DNA from: a virus
Taxonomy: Duplodnaviria; Caudoviricetes
Strand: one strand, 5' to 3'
Virus record (IMG/VR): IMGVR_UViG_3300014202_000777
Coordinates: 1 to 36,874 of that record
Length of the DNA: 36,874 nt
A program made the translations under genes and the position numbers. Of the stretch, positions 1-8,022 are shown piece by piece. The notes under the pieces were generated by a model. The model searched no databases. It was not told the origin of the DNA and saw only the letters and a program-made list of their open reading frames with translations. The number at the start of each line of letters is the position of its first letter. Position 1 is the stretch's first letter.

Positions 1-70
1 CCACATAGGCACATAGTTTCCCCACATAGAACACATAGTTTTTAGAGTACTCTACGCTATGTGTTCTATG
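1..70. repeat. Left part of a host REP/MITE-like palindrome (CACATAG units) interrupted by the prophage
   Basis: 1-38 is the exact reverse complement of 57-70 joined to 36808-36831; inner palindrome TAGAGTACTCTA at 43-54. Confidence 0.85.
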
Positions 71-100
71 TATAAAGGGCAAAACCAAATGTACACTCTT
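71..100 (+). repeat. Prophage left end (attL-like terminal inverted repeat)
   Basis: TATAAagggcaaaaccaaatgtacac aligns with the reverse complement of the right end TATAAtccgcatttccaaaaatacac (shared TATAA, GCA, CCAAA, TACAC). Confidence 0.75.
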
Positions 101-295
101 ATATTTTTGCCCGAAAACGGTTAAATGACTGAAAAACAATGATTTATGTGTATTGAGTGCGGCGGCGACGGTAGCAAAAGTGATTGGATTATGAGGGATA
201 TGTACCGGCCATTTAAAGGCTATAAAAGGCTAAAAACGGGGTTTTATGTGCCTTTAGAGGGCATATAATGCTAAAAGCACAGAAAGACGAAAAAT

Positions 296-326
296 GAAAA
301 TGTAACCGAAACGTGTACTTTTGGAA
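296..326 (+). repeat. Internal left-end copy of the putative transposase-binding repeat
   Basis: gaaaatgtaaccgaaacgtgtacttttggaa is 28/31 identical to 36761-36791, same orientation. Confidence 0.75.
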
Positions 327-386
327 TAGGCGTTTAAATGTGGTACTTAGATGTGGTACTTTTCAGGTGCCACATTTTTTTGCACT

Positions 387-417
387 TTTGGTTTTGATAC
401 AAGATGTTTTATCTTTG
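387..417 (+). promoter_or_regulatory. Bacteroidota housekeeping-sigma promoter for the left-end small genes
   Basis: TTTG (387-390)-N19-TATCTTTG (410-417) matches the -33/-7 consensus. Confidence 0.6.
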
Positions 418-438
418 TGTTGTACTAAATCAAAGGGC

Positions 439-624
439 ATGAAAATCGACGTAAAATCTATCAAATTAAATATCACTGACAGTACCGCCATAATGGTGTT
501 AAGTGTAAATGGTGAAGAAGATCAAAAATGTACAGTCAAGGTCATAAACCTTGATGCTGTAATCGAAAAGAAAGTAAATAAAATTATGAGCCAAGCATTG
601 GCTGAGATAAATGCAACTTGTTAA
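439..624 (+). CDS. Hypothetical protein (61 aa from ATG 439)
   Basis: ATG just downstream of the promoter; the track start at 313 lies upstream of the promoter, inside the end repeats. Confidence 0.5.
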   Translation: MKIDVKSIKLNITDSTAIMVLSVNGEEDQKCTVKVINLDAVIEKKVNKIMSQALAEINATC

Positions 625-820
625 AATTTCTCCTATGATAAAGGTTACAATTGATCAGTGGCTACCGGCTAAAAACTGGCAAGGCCAAGACACTCGAAAG
701 GCTGTTCGCACCTTGCGAATTTTTGGAATACCCGTATATGTGCGGGAATTTCTGGTGCCTGTCGAAATGGCGAGCGAAAACCTGGAAGACCTTACCCGTT
801 CTTATTTAATTCGGTTTTGA
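611..820 (+). CDS. Hypothetical protein (69 aa)
   Basis: ATG overlaps the previous gene; no recognisable motif. Confidence 0.5.
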   Translation: MQLVKISPMIKVTIDQWLPAKNWQGQDTRKAVRTLRIFGIPVYVREFLVPVEMASENLEDLTRSYLIRF

Positions 821-968
821 TCTTTTCGGATTCGGCACGCAGGTCTTTAATGACACTCCAGGAGGGAAGGCTGACACCCTTCCCTTTTTGATTGGCCTCG
901 ATTTCGAGCAGTTTTTTGTAGATGACAAAAAGCATTGCTTCAATGTTTTGTTTATCCTGATTGTCCAT
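792..968 (-). CDS. Small helical hypothetical protein (58 aa, MDNQDKQNIEAMLFVIYKKLLEIE...), not in the ORF track
   Basis: Hand translation; co-oriented with and downstream of the repressor; AT-rich leader. Confidence 0.6.
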   Translation of the reverse strand: MDNQDKQNIEAMLFVIYKKLLEIEANQKGKGVSLPSWSVIKDLRAESEKIKTELNKNG

Positions 969-1105
969 TGTGCTTAGGTATTAGATTGAGAAATATATAA
1001 ACAAAAAGTTTCAATAAGTGCGCATACCGTTTACATTTGTCGTCCCTGACTCATCTACCGCTTACTCTCATGGACGACCGCTTACTCAAACAAAAGGCCA
1101 GAACC

Positions 1106-1675
1106 TTAATCTTCCAAAGGGAGCGCCTGCTTGCCCTCGCCCTGACCGAAAGGGTCGCGTATGCCAAGGATTTCCATAAAATCACTATCAGGGAGTCGCT
1201 TAACCGCTCTAATGTAAGCCCTGGCGGCGTATGATAAATTCTCCAGGCTTTCTGCCTCTGGAAACTCCACCATTACCTGTGCGCAAATAAATTTAGCCAG
1301 ATAAGTCATCTGGGTATCGAAATCCGAGCCTTCCTGGCCTTTAACCAGGTTGTATAATGCCTCTATTTGATCTTCCGTTGGCTCGTTTTGTGCAGTGAAT
1401 TCTGTAGATATTCCCAATATCATCTCCCCTTGGCCTGTAAGTACCCATAGTGGACTTATAGATTTGGCTGATAAAAGCCTCTCCAAGTGCTCTATTCGTA
1501 GGTTTCCTTTCCCATCTTCTCGCAGTATGTGGCCATAATAAGACTGGTCAATGCCCATTAATTGGGCCATTTGAGTCTTTGTCAGACCCAAATAGGCTCT
1601 TACAACCTCTATCCTGTTTGTTTTTGTACCCAATTTTTGGTATTTTATGAGATATTCTACAAAAATATTAGCCAA
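1106..1675 (-). CDS. Phage repressor, XRE/Cro-C1 HTH
   Basis: N-terminal HTH (RAYLGLTKTQMAQLMGIDQSYYGHI) and ISPLWVLTGQGEM motif typical of phage repressors; divergent from the early operon. Confidence 0.85.
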   Translation of the reverse strand: MANIFVEYLIKYQKLGTKTNRIEVVRAYLGLTKTQMAQLMGIDQSYYGHILREDGKGNLRIEHLERLLSAKSISPLWVLTGQGEMILGISTEFTAQNEPTEDQIEALYNLVKGQEGSDFDTQMTYLAKFICAQVMVEFPEAESLENLSYAARAYIRAVKRLPDSDFMEILGIRDPFGQGEGKQALPLED

Positions 1676-1679
1676 GGTA

Positions 1680-1709
1680 TTGCAGGTATGAGAATATCAC
1701 ATACTTTTG
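1680..1709 (+). promoter_or_regulatory. Early lytic promoter (Pe-like)
   Basis: TTG (1680-1682)-N19-TACTTTTG (1702-1709); inverted pair GATATTCT/AGAATATC at 1651-1658 and 1691-1698 may be operator half-sites. Confidence 0.55.
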
Positions 1710-1742
1710 CCCAAGCAATTAGATAAAGTAAACGACAAAGCG

Positions 1743-2009
1743 ATGCACAAAAGTAATGATGCTAACGAAACAAGGAATGAATTGTACAAAAAATTCCAAG
1801 AGACACGCGGTGCGATCACCGCATTCTGTCGGGAGAGGCAGATTACGGATGAATGGATGCGGCTCGTGTTCAAAGGTCAATATGAAGACCTTGATCTACT
1901 TATCGCTGCGGCAGACTTCCTGAAAAAGTTCAAGGACGATAAAACCAAAGAGCGTACTACCAAGGAAAGCATACTGCGCAATAAGGTCACGGAAATATCA
2001 ATGGCTTAG
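1743..2009 (+). CDS. Ner/Cro-like DNA-binding protein
   Basis: Lies between repressor and transposase; HTH-like AITAFCRERQITDEWMRLVFKG; ATG 1743 preferred because the track start overlaps the -7 box. Confidence 0.6.
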   Translation: MHKSNDANETRNELYKKFQETRGAITAFCRERQITDEWMRLVFKGQYEDLDLLIAAADFLKKFKDDKTKERTTKESILRNKVTEISMA

Positions 2010-2055
2010 ATAGTCGGGCGGCCCGCCACGGAATATCTAAAAATTAACGATCCGT

Positions 2056-4194
2056 ATGAAAAGTGAACCCAACTTCAGTCCAATCGGCCCCAACGATATC
2101 ATTTACGAGCGGGAGCGCTCAGGCGCTCAGACTTACTGGATCAGCGAAGATTACATTTTAAGGGCGCTGCAAGGAATTACTGAACTTCATCTCCGTACAA
2201 CAGCCCGGAAAAACTATGCAGCATCTGTATCCGACTCTAAGCGCAAAAAAGACATACTTCCAGACACGGGCAAAGCCTGGCGTTTTGCCCGGATCAAAGG
2301 ACGCTTCTACTACGCCTACGCCAACATCCCGGACGCTGCGCCAACGCGATACAAAAGCCGGTTGCAGTCCCCTGAAACGCTGTTGGAAATGGCACAAAAA
2401 GCGGTCAAAAGTGACCGTTTGAAGGAACTTGAAATGTTGGTTAAAGATCGGCTGAGCGCTGCGGAAGTGGACTACTGGCAGTATTACCTGGGCTACAACG
2501 CTGATCAGATGCAGCGCCTTGCACGGGCCAGCGCAGCGCTCGATCTCTGTATAGAAATAGGCCGGGAACGGGACGCGGTCGGTGGTAAATCCATGTGGTG
2601 GTTTAAGGATTTCGGGACGGTGCTGGAACGGCTGGACATTATGTACCTGCCTACAAACTGGCGCAGACTGAAGGAAAAAGCCGACATGCTGCTGAGCGGA
2701 AAAGCGGCCCACGAAGTGGTGGCATTGCCCAGGAGTGGCAACCAGAATGCCCGCAAATTCGACGATACGGAACTGGAGTCCTGGGTGATACAGATGCGCG
2801 GTATGCCGCAAAACTTTACCTCGGCCTACATCACCAGGAAGGTGCAGCAGATGTGCGATCTGACGGGAAAAAACGTGCCTTCGGACTCATGGCTTGCAGG
2901 ACTCCTGGCGGCCCCGGCTACCAAGTTCCTGACCTCGGCAGGCCGCTACGGCGAACGCGGACGGCTCGGCCAGGTGTACAAAGGATACACGCCGGTGCGC
3001 TCGGCCATCTTCGCTGGCGACTGCTGGCAGGCGGACGGCACCAGGGTAAACTTTCTGCCCTGGAAGGATGAAAACGGGAGGGAAGAGTTCCTGTACATCG
3101 TAGTGATCCGGGACGTGCATAGCGGCGCTGTACTGGGTGCCAGTTTCGGAAAAGAGAACCGCTGGGCTTACCTGAATGCGCTGGGAATGGCCGTCAACCT
3201 GACCGGGTACCTGCCTTACGAGATCGCCCTGGACAGGTTTCCGGGACATAACACGGACGAGTGGAGGACGGTGGAAAACAGGATCAAAGCAGTGGGTACA
3301 AAGATTTCGTACAAGCACACGGCCACCGGAAAAGCGCAACTGGAACGCTGGTTTGAAACCCTGCAAAGTGTGTTTTTCCAGAGTTCGCCTTACTACTATG
3401 GCGAGGGGATACAGAGCAAACGCCCCGCAGCGCACCGTAGCGCAGAGTACCTGAAGGACACAAAAAAGGTAGCGAAGCGGGAAGGTTGGGGATTCGATAC
3501 GGCAGTGCGGGAAGCGCTGCGATGCATATCGGAATACAACGAAACGGCGCTGAACACATACAGCCGGAAACACAACAGCATAGCACAATCGCCCATACAA
3601 CTACACGACGGCAGCGAGAAGCCGCATGTGAAAACCATAGCAGACTGGCAGCGGGCGATGGTATTCGGGCTGATGAAGCGGGTGACCATCAGGAACCAGA
3701 TGATCCGGACGGAGATACAGCGCTCGGAGTACCTGTACCAGGTGAATGACTACGATATTTTGAAACACCACAGGACGGTATTGCTGGCTTACCAGTTCGA
3801 GGATTTGACGCGGGTATTCCTTTTTGAAGACGGCGACGAAAACGCAACCAACCCCAAATGCCTGGGCGCTGTGGAGATGCTGGAACGGGTGCAGGTATTC
3901 GGCCCGGATGCGGATATGAAAGCCCTGGGCCGCGACAACAAGCGCCTGAATGACATCAATAAACGCCGAAAAGAGGACTTGGATAACATCAGAAACGCGG
4001 GCAGCGAAATGCACCTGATGCTGGCCGGAATGGGCAGCAAAAGCGAAGCGGAGGAGGCTGAATCGCAGTACCTGGCTGAATCAATAGGAACGGAAACACC
4101 GCGCATACTGGCGCTGAACGATACGGCTGACGAGCAGCCACAAAGCACGAATGCAGAGATAGACGAGGTGGCATTTATGCTTTCGCAGATGTAG
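2056..4194 (+). CDS. Mu-like DDE transposase (MuA-like)
   Basis: 712 aa; integrase-core motifs CWQADGT, ALDRFPG, KAQLERWF; position in the early operon. Confidence 0.92.
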   Translation: MKSEPNFSPIGPNDIIYERERSGAQTYWISEDYILRALQGITELHLRTTARKNYAASVSDSKRKKDILPDTGKAWRFARIKGRFYYAYANIPDAAPTRYKSRLQSPETLLEMAQKAVKSDRLKELEMLVKDRLSAAEVDYWQYYLGYNADQMQRLARASAALDLCIEIGRERDAVGGKSMWWFKDFGTVLERLDIMYLPTNWRRLKEKADMLLSGKAAHEVVALPRSGNQNARKFDDTELESWVIQMRGMPQNFTSAYITRKVQQMCDLTGKNVPSDSWLAGLLAAPATKFLTSAGRYGERGRLGQVYKGYTPVRSAIFAGDCWQADGTRVNFLPWKDENGREEFLYIVVIRDVHSGAVLGASFGKENRWAYLNALGMAVNLTGYLPYEIALDRFPGHNTDEWRTVENRIKAVGTKISYKHTATGKAQLERWFETLQSVFFQSSPYYYGEGIQSKRPAAHRSAEYLKDTKKVAKREGWGFDTAVREALRCISEYNETALNTYSRKHNSIAQSPIQLHDGSEKPHVKTIADWQRAMVFGLMKRVTIRNQMIRTEIQRSEYLYQVNDYDILKHHRTVLLAYQFEDLTRVFLFEDGDENATNPKCLGAVEMLERVQVFGPDADMKALGRDNKRLNDINKRRKEDLDNIRNAGSEMHLMLAGMGSKSEAEEAESQYLAESIGTETPRILALNDTADEQPQSTNAEIDEVAFMLSQM

Positions 4195-4222
4195 GGGTTC
4201 ATAATTCACTGTCATAGTTGGA

Positions 4223-4291
4223 TTGCCTGTGCCGGAGCGGTTTAACGGCCTTTGTCGAGGAGTGTTCGCGGGTTCGAATCCCGTCAGGCAA
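4223..4291 (+). ncRNA. tRNA-like element with a collapsed anticodon arm
   Basis: Acceptor TTGCCTG/CAGGCAA; D arm CCG-GAGCGGTTTAA-CGG; T arm GCGGG-TTCGAAT-CCCGT; anticodon arm only CCT-TTGTCG-AGG. Confidence 0.65.
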
Positions 4292-4322
4292 GCAACCTGG
4301 AAGAGGGGTTTTTTCATTGGAA

Positions 4323-4394
4323 TGTTGGGTAGCATAAAGGTAATGCGCGGGGCTCATAACCCCGAGGACGAGGGTTCGACTCCCTTCCCAGCAT
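4323..4394 (+). tRNA. tRNA-Met(CAT) with initiator-like anticodon stem
   Basis: Full cloverleaf: TGTTGGG/CCCAGCA, GCAT/ATGC, CGGGG-CTCATAA-CCCCG, GAGGG-TTCGACT-CCCTT; CCA not encoded. Confidence 0.85.
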
Positions 4395-4425
4395 CAACAT
4401 CAAGTCATCTTTAAATCATCACATC

Positions 4426-4812
4426 ATGAAAGTCATTTTCACACTCATCACGCTGCTTTGGTTTGCCGCTTTCGTGCCAGCACAATCGAGCACCGACATC
4501 ACCCTGGGCGGCGTAGCCGTCAGGTATGGAACCGCCGAAAATATCACCGTAGGGACGCGCACGGTGTGGGCTACTTACCCGGACGCTGAATTCATCCTTT
4601 GCCGCCGCGACATGAAACTGCGGGTAACGGTAATAGACGACCTCGGCGAAAGTCAAGACCAAACCCTGGAGGCGCTTGTCAGCCAACTGGCGGACAATAT
4701 CTACCGGGCCGATGTAGACGAAAACACCTGGGTGCAGGTGAACACATCGGATGGCACTACCTGCGTGTATCAGCACTGCGTTGCAAGGGTTTTTAAACCG
4801 AACTGTAAGTGA
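4426..4812 (+). CDS. Exported hypothetical protein with Sec signal peptide
   Basis: MKVIFTLITLLWFAAFVPA-Q signal peptide; beta-rich mature part with Cys residues. Confidence 0.7.
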   Translation: MKVIFTLITLLWFAAFVPAQSSTDITLGGVAVRYGTAENITVGTRTVWATYPDAEFILCRRDMKLRVTVIDDLGESQDQTLEALVSQLADNIYRADVDENTWVQVNTSDGTTCVYQHCVARVFKPNCK

Positions 4813-5106
4813 TGCTGATCGCTTCGATTTTGGGAGTGCTGTATGTGTTCAGCCGAATGATCCCAGAGGACTAAAGAACGTCCGTCCATGCCCGGAAAAA
4901 ATCGCCAGTAGGGTCAGCGAGAAAAGACATGACGAGAGCCTACCCACCAACACCACCATAAGCATAACCACCACCATATCATTATCCAGATCGAGGCTTT
5001 GAGTACAGCCGGTAAACAACTCCAGCCCGCTACGCTGCAAGTACGGTTAATCACCCCTCATTTTTTCATTTCCCGTAAACGTGAACAGTAGGAAAAATCT
5101 ATATCT

Positions 5107-6048
5107 ATGACACCGCAACAGAAGTCCGAAATTGTAACCCTGATAAGCCTTGAGAAAGAGCGCCTCGGCTCCAATGCCAAAGTGGCCCGCAAATGCGGAA
5201 TTTCGGAAGGCACCATCTCGCAGATGGTCAATAATAACTGGACGCTCATAGCCGACAGCATGTGGCAAAAGGTGGCCACCGAACTGGGCTACCGCCCACA
5301 GGGCTGGCAGGTGGTGGAAACCCGCACGATGCGCAGCATGTGGGGAATCGTTCAGAATGCAAAGAATAACTCCATGTTCCTGGCGCTGACGGACGATGCC
5401 GGTTTTGGCAAGTCGACCGGCCTGAAAACATACGCCAGCCAGCACTATAACGAGTCGGTGTTCTATGTGGAATGCCGGGAATGGGCCAAGCGCGAATTTC
5501 TGATGAACCTGGCCAAACAGGTAGGCGCTGAGGTGAGCGACAGCGTGACGAATGACAGCCTGCTGCTGGCCATCTCTGCTTTCTTCAATGCCCGGCGCAA
5601 CCAGCGCCCGCTGCTGATCCTGGATCAGGCCAACTCCCTGAAAGCAGCTGCGCTGCGTACCCTGATAACCCTGTTCAACCAATGCGAAGATGTGCTCGGC
5701 GTAGTAATAGCCGGAACGCCGCACCTGGAGAAAATGATGCTGGCCGATGCTCGGCGCGACCGCCCGGGAGGTAAGGAACTGCTGAGCCGCTTCGGACGCA
5801 AAATGATACGCCTGATGGCCGCCAATGAAAAGGACGTAGCGGCCATCTGCCAGGCCAACGGCGTGACAAGTGCCAACACAATCAAAAAGATTTTCCGGGA
5901 GTGCGAGCCGGTAAGCCGCATGGTAGGCCAGCACTCCGAAATGGTGGTGGAAGACCTGCGCCGGGTGAAACGCTGCGTACAACGCGAACTGCTCATGGCT
6001 GCCCAGGTGGCCGCAAGTGTGGAGCCGGTGGAGGAGGCAGCGGTATGA
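5107..6048 (+). CDS. MuB-like AAA+ transposition ATPase with N-terminal HTH
   Basis: HTH (SNAKVARKCGISEGTISQM), Walker A DDAGFGKS, Walker B LLILDQA, VVIAGT sensor, ELLSRFG arginine finger, DLRRV. Confidence 0.88.
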   Translation: MTPQQKSEIVTLISLEKERLGSNAKVARKCGISEGTISQMVNNNWTLIADSMWQKVATELGYRPQGWQVVETRTMRSMWGIVQNAKNNSMFLALTDDAGFGKSTGLKTYASQHYNESVFYVECREWAKREFLMNLAKQVGAEVSDSVTNDSLLLAISAFFNARRNQRPLLILDQANSLKAAALRTLITLFNQCEDVLGVVIAGTPHLEKMMLADARRDRPGGKELLSRFGRKMIRLMAANEKDVAAICQANGVTSANTIKKIFRECEPVSRMVGQHSEMVVEDLRRVKRCVQRELLMAAQVAASVEPVEEAAV

Positions 6049-6338
6049 TATTCAAAACTCAAAAAGGTAATTTAATGCCCTGTCAAGTAATCGGACTTCG
6101 TGGTTTCCATAAACACTTGTTCGTCTGGGCACATGGTGCTGTGCAGTTTTTAATCTATGAATATGAAACTGGATTACCTATTTCCAGTGGGAAGACTCTT
6201 GATGAAGCCGTTGAGAATTCAATTTATAGGCTTTTAAAAATAGGTGAGCATAACATCCCGAAATGGCTTGGGCCTTCAGATGTTCAAAACGACATCAAAG
6301 ACTACGGATTTTCAAAACCTAAACCACTCACACCATGA
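6045..6338 (+). CDS. Hypothetical protein (97 aa from ATG 6045)
   Basis: ATGA overlap with the MuB stop; AT-rich relative to neighbours. Confidence 0.6.
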   Translation: MIFKTQKGNLMPCQVIGLRGFHKHLFVWAHGAVQFLIYEYETGLPISSGKTLDEAVENSIYRLLKIGEHNIPKWLGPSDVQNDIKDYGFSKPKPLTP

Positions 6339-6487
6339 GATACTACATGTACGTCATCGCTTACCGCTTTGCTCAGGCATTTTATGACGCGACTTTTTGG
6401 CTCCAAATGCAACTGGATAAACTGACCGCCAAACTCGACCCGACCGGAGAACACGAAGAACGGATGAACGGCCCCTGGCCCGAATAA
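6335..6487 (+). CDS. Small hypothetical protein (50 aa, MRYYMYVIAYRFAQ...), not in the ORF track
   Basis: ATGA overlap with the upstream stop; hand translation open to TAA at 6485-6487. Confidence 0.55.
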   Translation: MRYYMYVIAYRFAQAFYDATFWLQMQLDKLTAKLDPTGEHEERMNGPWPE

Positions 6488-6541
6488 ATCAGAGCAGCAG
6501 GATACCGCCTGATTTTTTCACACAACACTCAATATACAAGT

Positions 6542-6970
6542 ATGTCTACTAAAACCAGCCGCAACGCTGTACAACTGACACCGGAAGAAGCCGCCAGAGC
6601 AAAGGCTGCGCAACTGCTGCAACTCGAACTCCAGAAAGCGGAGATCGAGAAACAGGCTGCCACACTCAAAGAGGAACTGACGGCCTTCGTAAAGGAAACC
6701 GGCACGACCGAACTGGGAGCCTATAACGTGACCATCGGTGAGCAGAAACCGAAGATCGTCCTGGACGACCTGACGGACAATGCCAAAAAACGGATCATCG
6801 AACAATTGATGACGGAACTGCCCGACTTCAAAAAGGAACCGAAGGCGGAACTGGACTGGGAGAAAATGTACTACGCCCTTTCGGTGAACCCGACCGTAGC
6901 CAATGCGCTGAAGGTGCGCCGACTGGAATTCCAGTTGGTGACTTCCTACACTTTCCGCAAGGCGAAGTAA
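6542..6970 (+). CDS. Coiled-coil early protein, possibly Gam-like (host nuclease inhibitor)
   Basis: N-terminal coiled coil followed by a beta region; position matches Mu gam; no diagnostic motif. Confidence 0.5.
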   Translation: MSTKTSRNAVQLTPEEAARAKAAQLLQLELQKAEIEKQAATLKEELTAFVKETGTTELGAYNVTIGEQKPKIVLDDLTDNAKKRIIEQLMTELPDFKKEPKAELDWEKMYYALSVNPTVANALKVRRLEFQLVTSYTFRKAK

Positions 6971-6984
6971 GAACATTCAAAACG

Positions 6985-7014
6985 GCGGTGGCCACTATGC
7001 AATGTGGCCACCGC
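6985..7014. terminator. GC-rich 11-bp hairpin (terminator or RNA-stability element)
   Basis: GCGGTGGCCAC-N8-GTGGCCACCGC; only a weak U tract. Confidence 0.45.
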
Positions 7015-7032
7015 TTAAACCAGGGCTAAAGG

Positions 7033-7227
7033 ATGATTAAAGTGATCTGTAAACTATGCCGGGAGGATACCGCGAAGCCCGGATTCAAGTGCGCGGCCAA
7101 AATTTGCCCCTACGATCAGTTTGAATACATCACCACCATAGCAGCCCCCATCACCATCAAAAGAGAAACCTCGGGCTGCAAGGCCCCGCGTGACAAACAG
7201 AAACAACCAACCGCATCACCGTCATGA
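7033..7227 (+). CDS. Small Cys-rich protein, possibly Zn-binding
   Basis: CKLC...CAAKIC; ATGA overlap with the next gene. Confidence 0.5.
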   Translation: MIKVICKLCREDTAKPGFKCAAKICPYDQFEYITTIAAPITIKRETSGCKAPRDKQKQPTASPS

Positions 7228-7658
7228 AAGAAAAATTTATAGTCACTTTTAAGGGAACGCAGCGCCAGGTTCCGATCCGGACGCACTACGAAGACGGCCT
7301 GCTGGAGCAAGTCATCTTTATGGATGCGGAGACACCACCGCCTGCTCGGGAGTGGTGCCTGGCCCGGATACCGGCCCAGGTGGAACAACTCGAAAACATT
7401 GGTACCATCGCCTTGATAGAACCGGAACCGGCTGACCTTTCCTTCAATGCCTTCTGGGAAGCATACGGCAACAAACAGAATAAAGACCGCACGTACCGAT
7501 TCTGGACGGCGCTCACCAACGACGAGCGCATAGCAGCCCTCCGGGCCATACCGAAATACAACCGCTACCTGACATACAAGCCGAATATAGAACGCAAGTA
7601 CCCCGACACCTGGCTCAAAAACCGCTGCTGGACAGATGAATACCACATCAAACACTAA
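7224..7658 (+). CDS. Conserved-looking phage protein (FWEAY..K...KYPDTWL C-terminal helical domain)
   Basis: C-terminal motif pattern resembles phage replication-associated helical domains. Confidence 0.6.
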   Translation: MKEKFIVTFKGTQRQVPIRTHYEDGLLEQVIFMDAETPPPAREWCLARIPAQVEQLENIGTIALIEPEPADLSFNAFWEAYGNKQNKDRTYRFWTALTNDERIAALRAIPKYNRYLTYKPNIERKYPDTWLKNRCWTDEYHIKH

Positions 7659-8022
7659 CCCGGAACTCCACTTCGAGTTCACGCTTTTGCGGATCAATAC
7701 GAATGTGCAAATGGCTTTCGAGCGTGACGTGCAGCGAAGGATTCCGGGCCTGCTGATCCAAAGGGTATCCACCAGGCAAAAGGAAGTGCTCTACAAAGCA
7801 TCCGGTTTCGGCCCTCGCCCTTTTGTGCTGCTGGGAATAGCCATACAAGTTTTTAACGATCAATACGAATCCAAAAATGAAACAAGCAACGGGCAACTCG
7901 AAGAAGCGCCAACTGGTAGCGACCATGCTCATAGAGCGCGGGCTGATGACACAAAAGGAAGCGATACTGAGCCAGTACGGAGTGGATCGGATCAGGGACT
8001 TGACAACCCAGCAACTGGATAG
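7636..8022 (+). CDS. Hypothetical protein
   Basis: Fills the gap in the early operon; last ~145 nt overlap the next gene. Confidence 0.4.
   Translation: MNTTSNTNPELHFEFTLLRINTNVQMAFERDVQRRIPGLLIQRVSTRQKEVLYKASGFGPRPFVLLGIAIQVFNDQYESKNETSNGQLEEAPTGSDHAHRARADDTKGSDTEPVRSGSDQGLDNPATG

Noticed and set aside
1-28. 28-bp perfect inverted repeat with 36804-36831 as the phage terminal repeat
   Set aside because: It is better explained as the arms of a host palindrome split by the insertion, since 57-70 continues the same arm
1-70. CACATAG repeats as a CRISPR array
   Set aside because: Units are 7-8 bp, with no unique spacers and no cas genes
1037-1234. Plus-strand 65-aa ORF
   Set aside because: Antisense overlap with the repressor 3' end and a weak TTG start
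2158-4202. Long antisense and alternative-frame ORFs over the transposase, and similar ones over terL, capsid, sheath and baseplate genes
   Set aside because: Shadow ORFs of GC-rich coding sequence, with no motifs or expression signals
4223-4414. 63-aa ORF in the track
   Set aside because: Coincides with the two tRNA-shaped elements
4940-5091. His-rich reading frame (HQHHHKHNHHH...) from CACCA repeats
   Set aside because: Preceded by an in-frame TGA with no start codon; treated as low-complexity sequence
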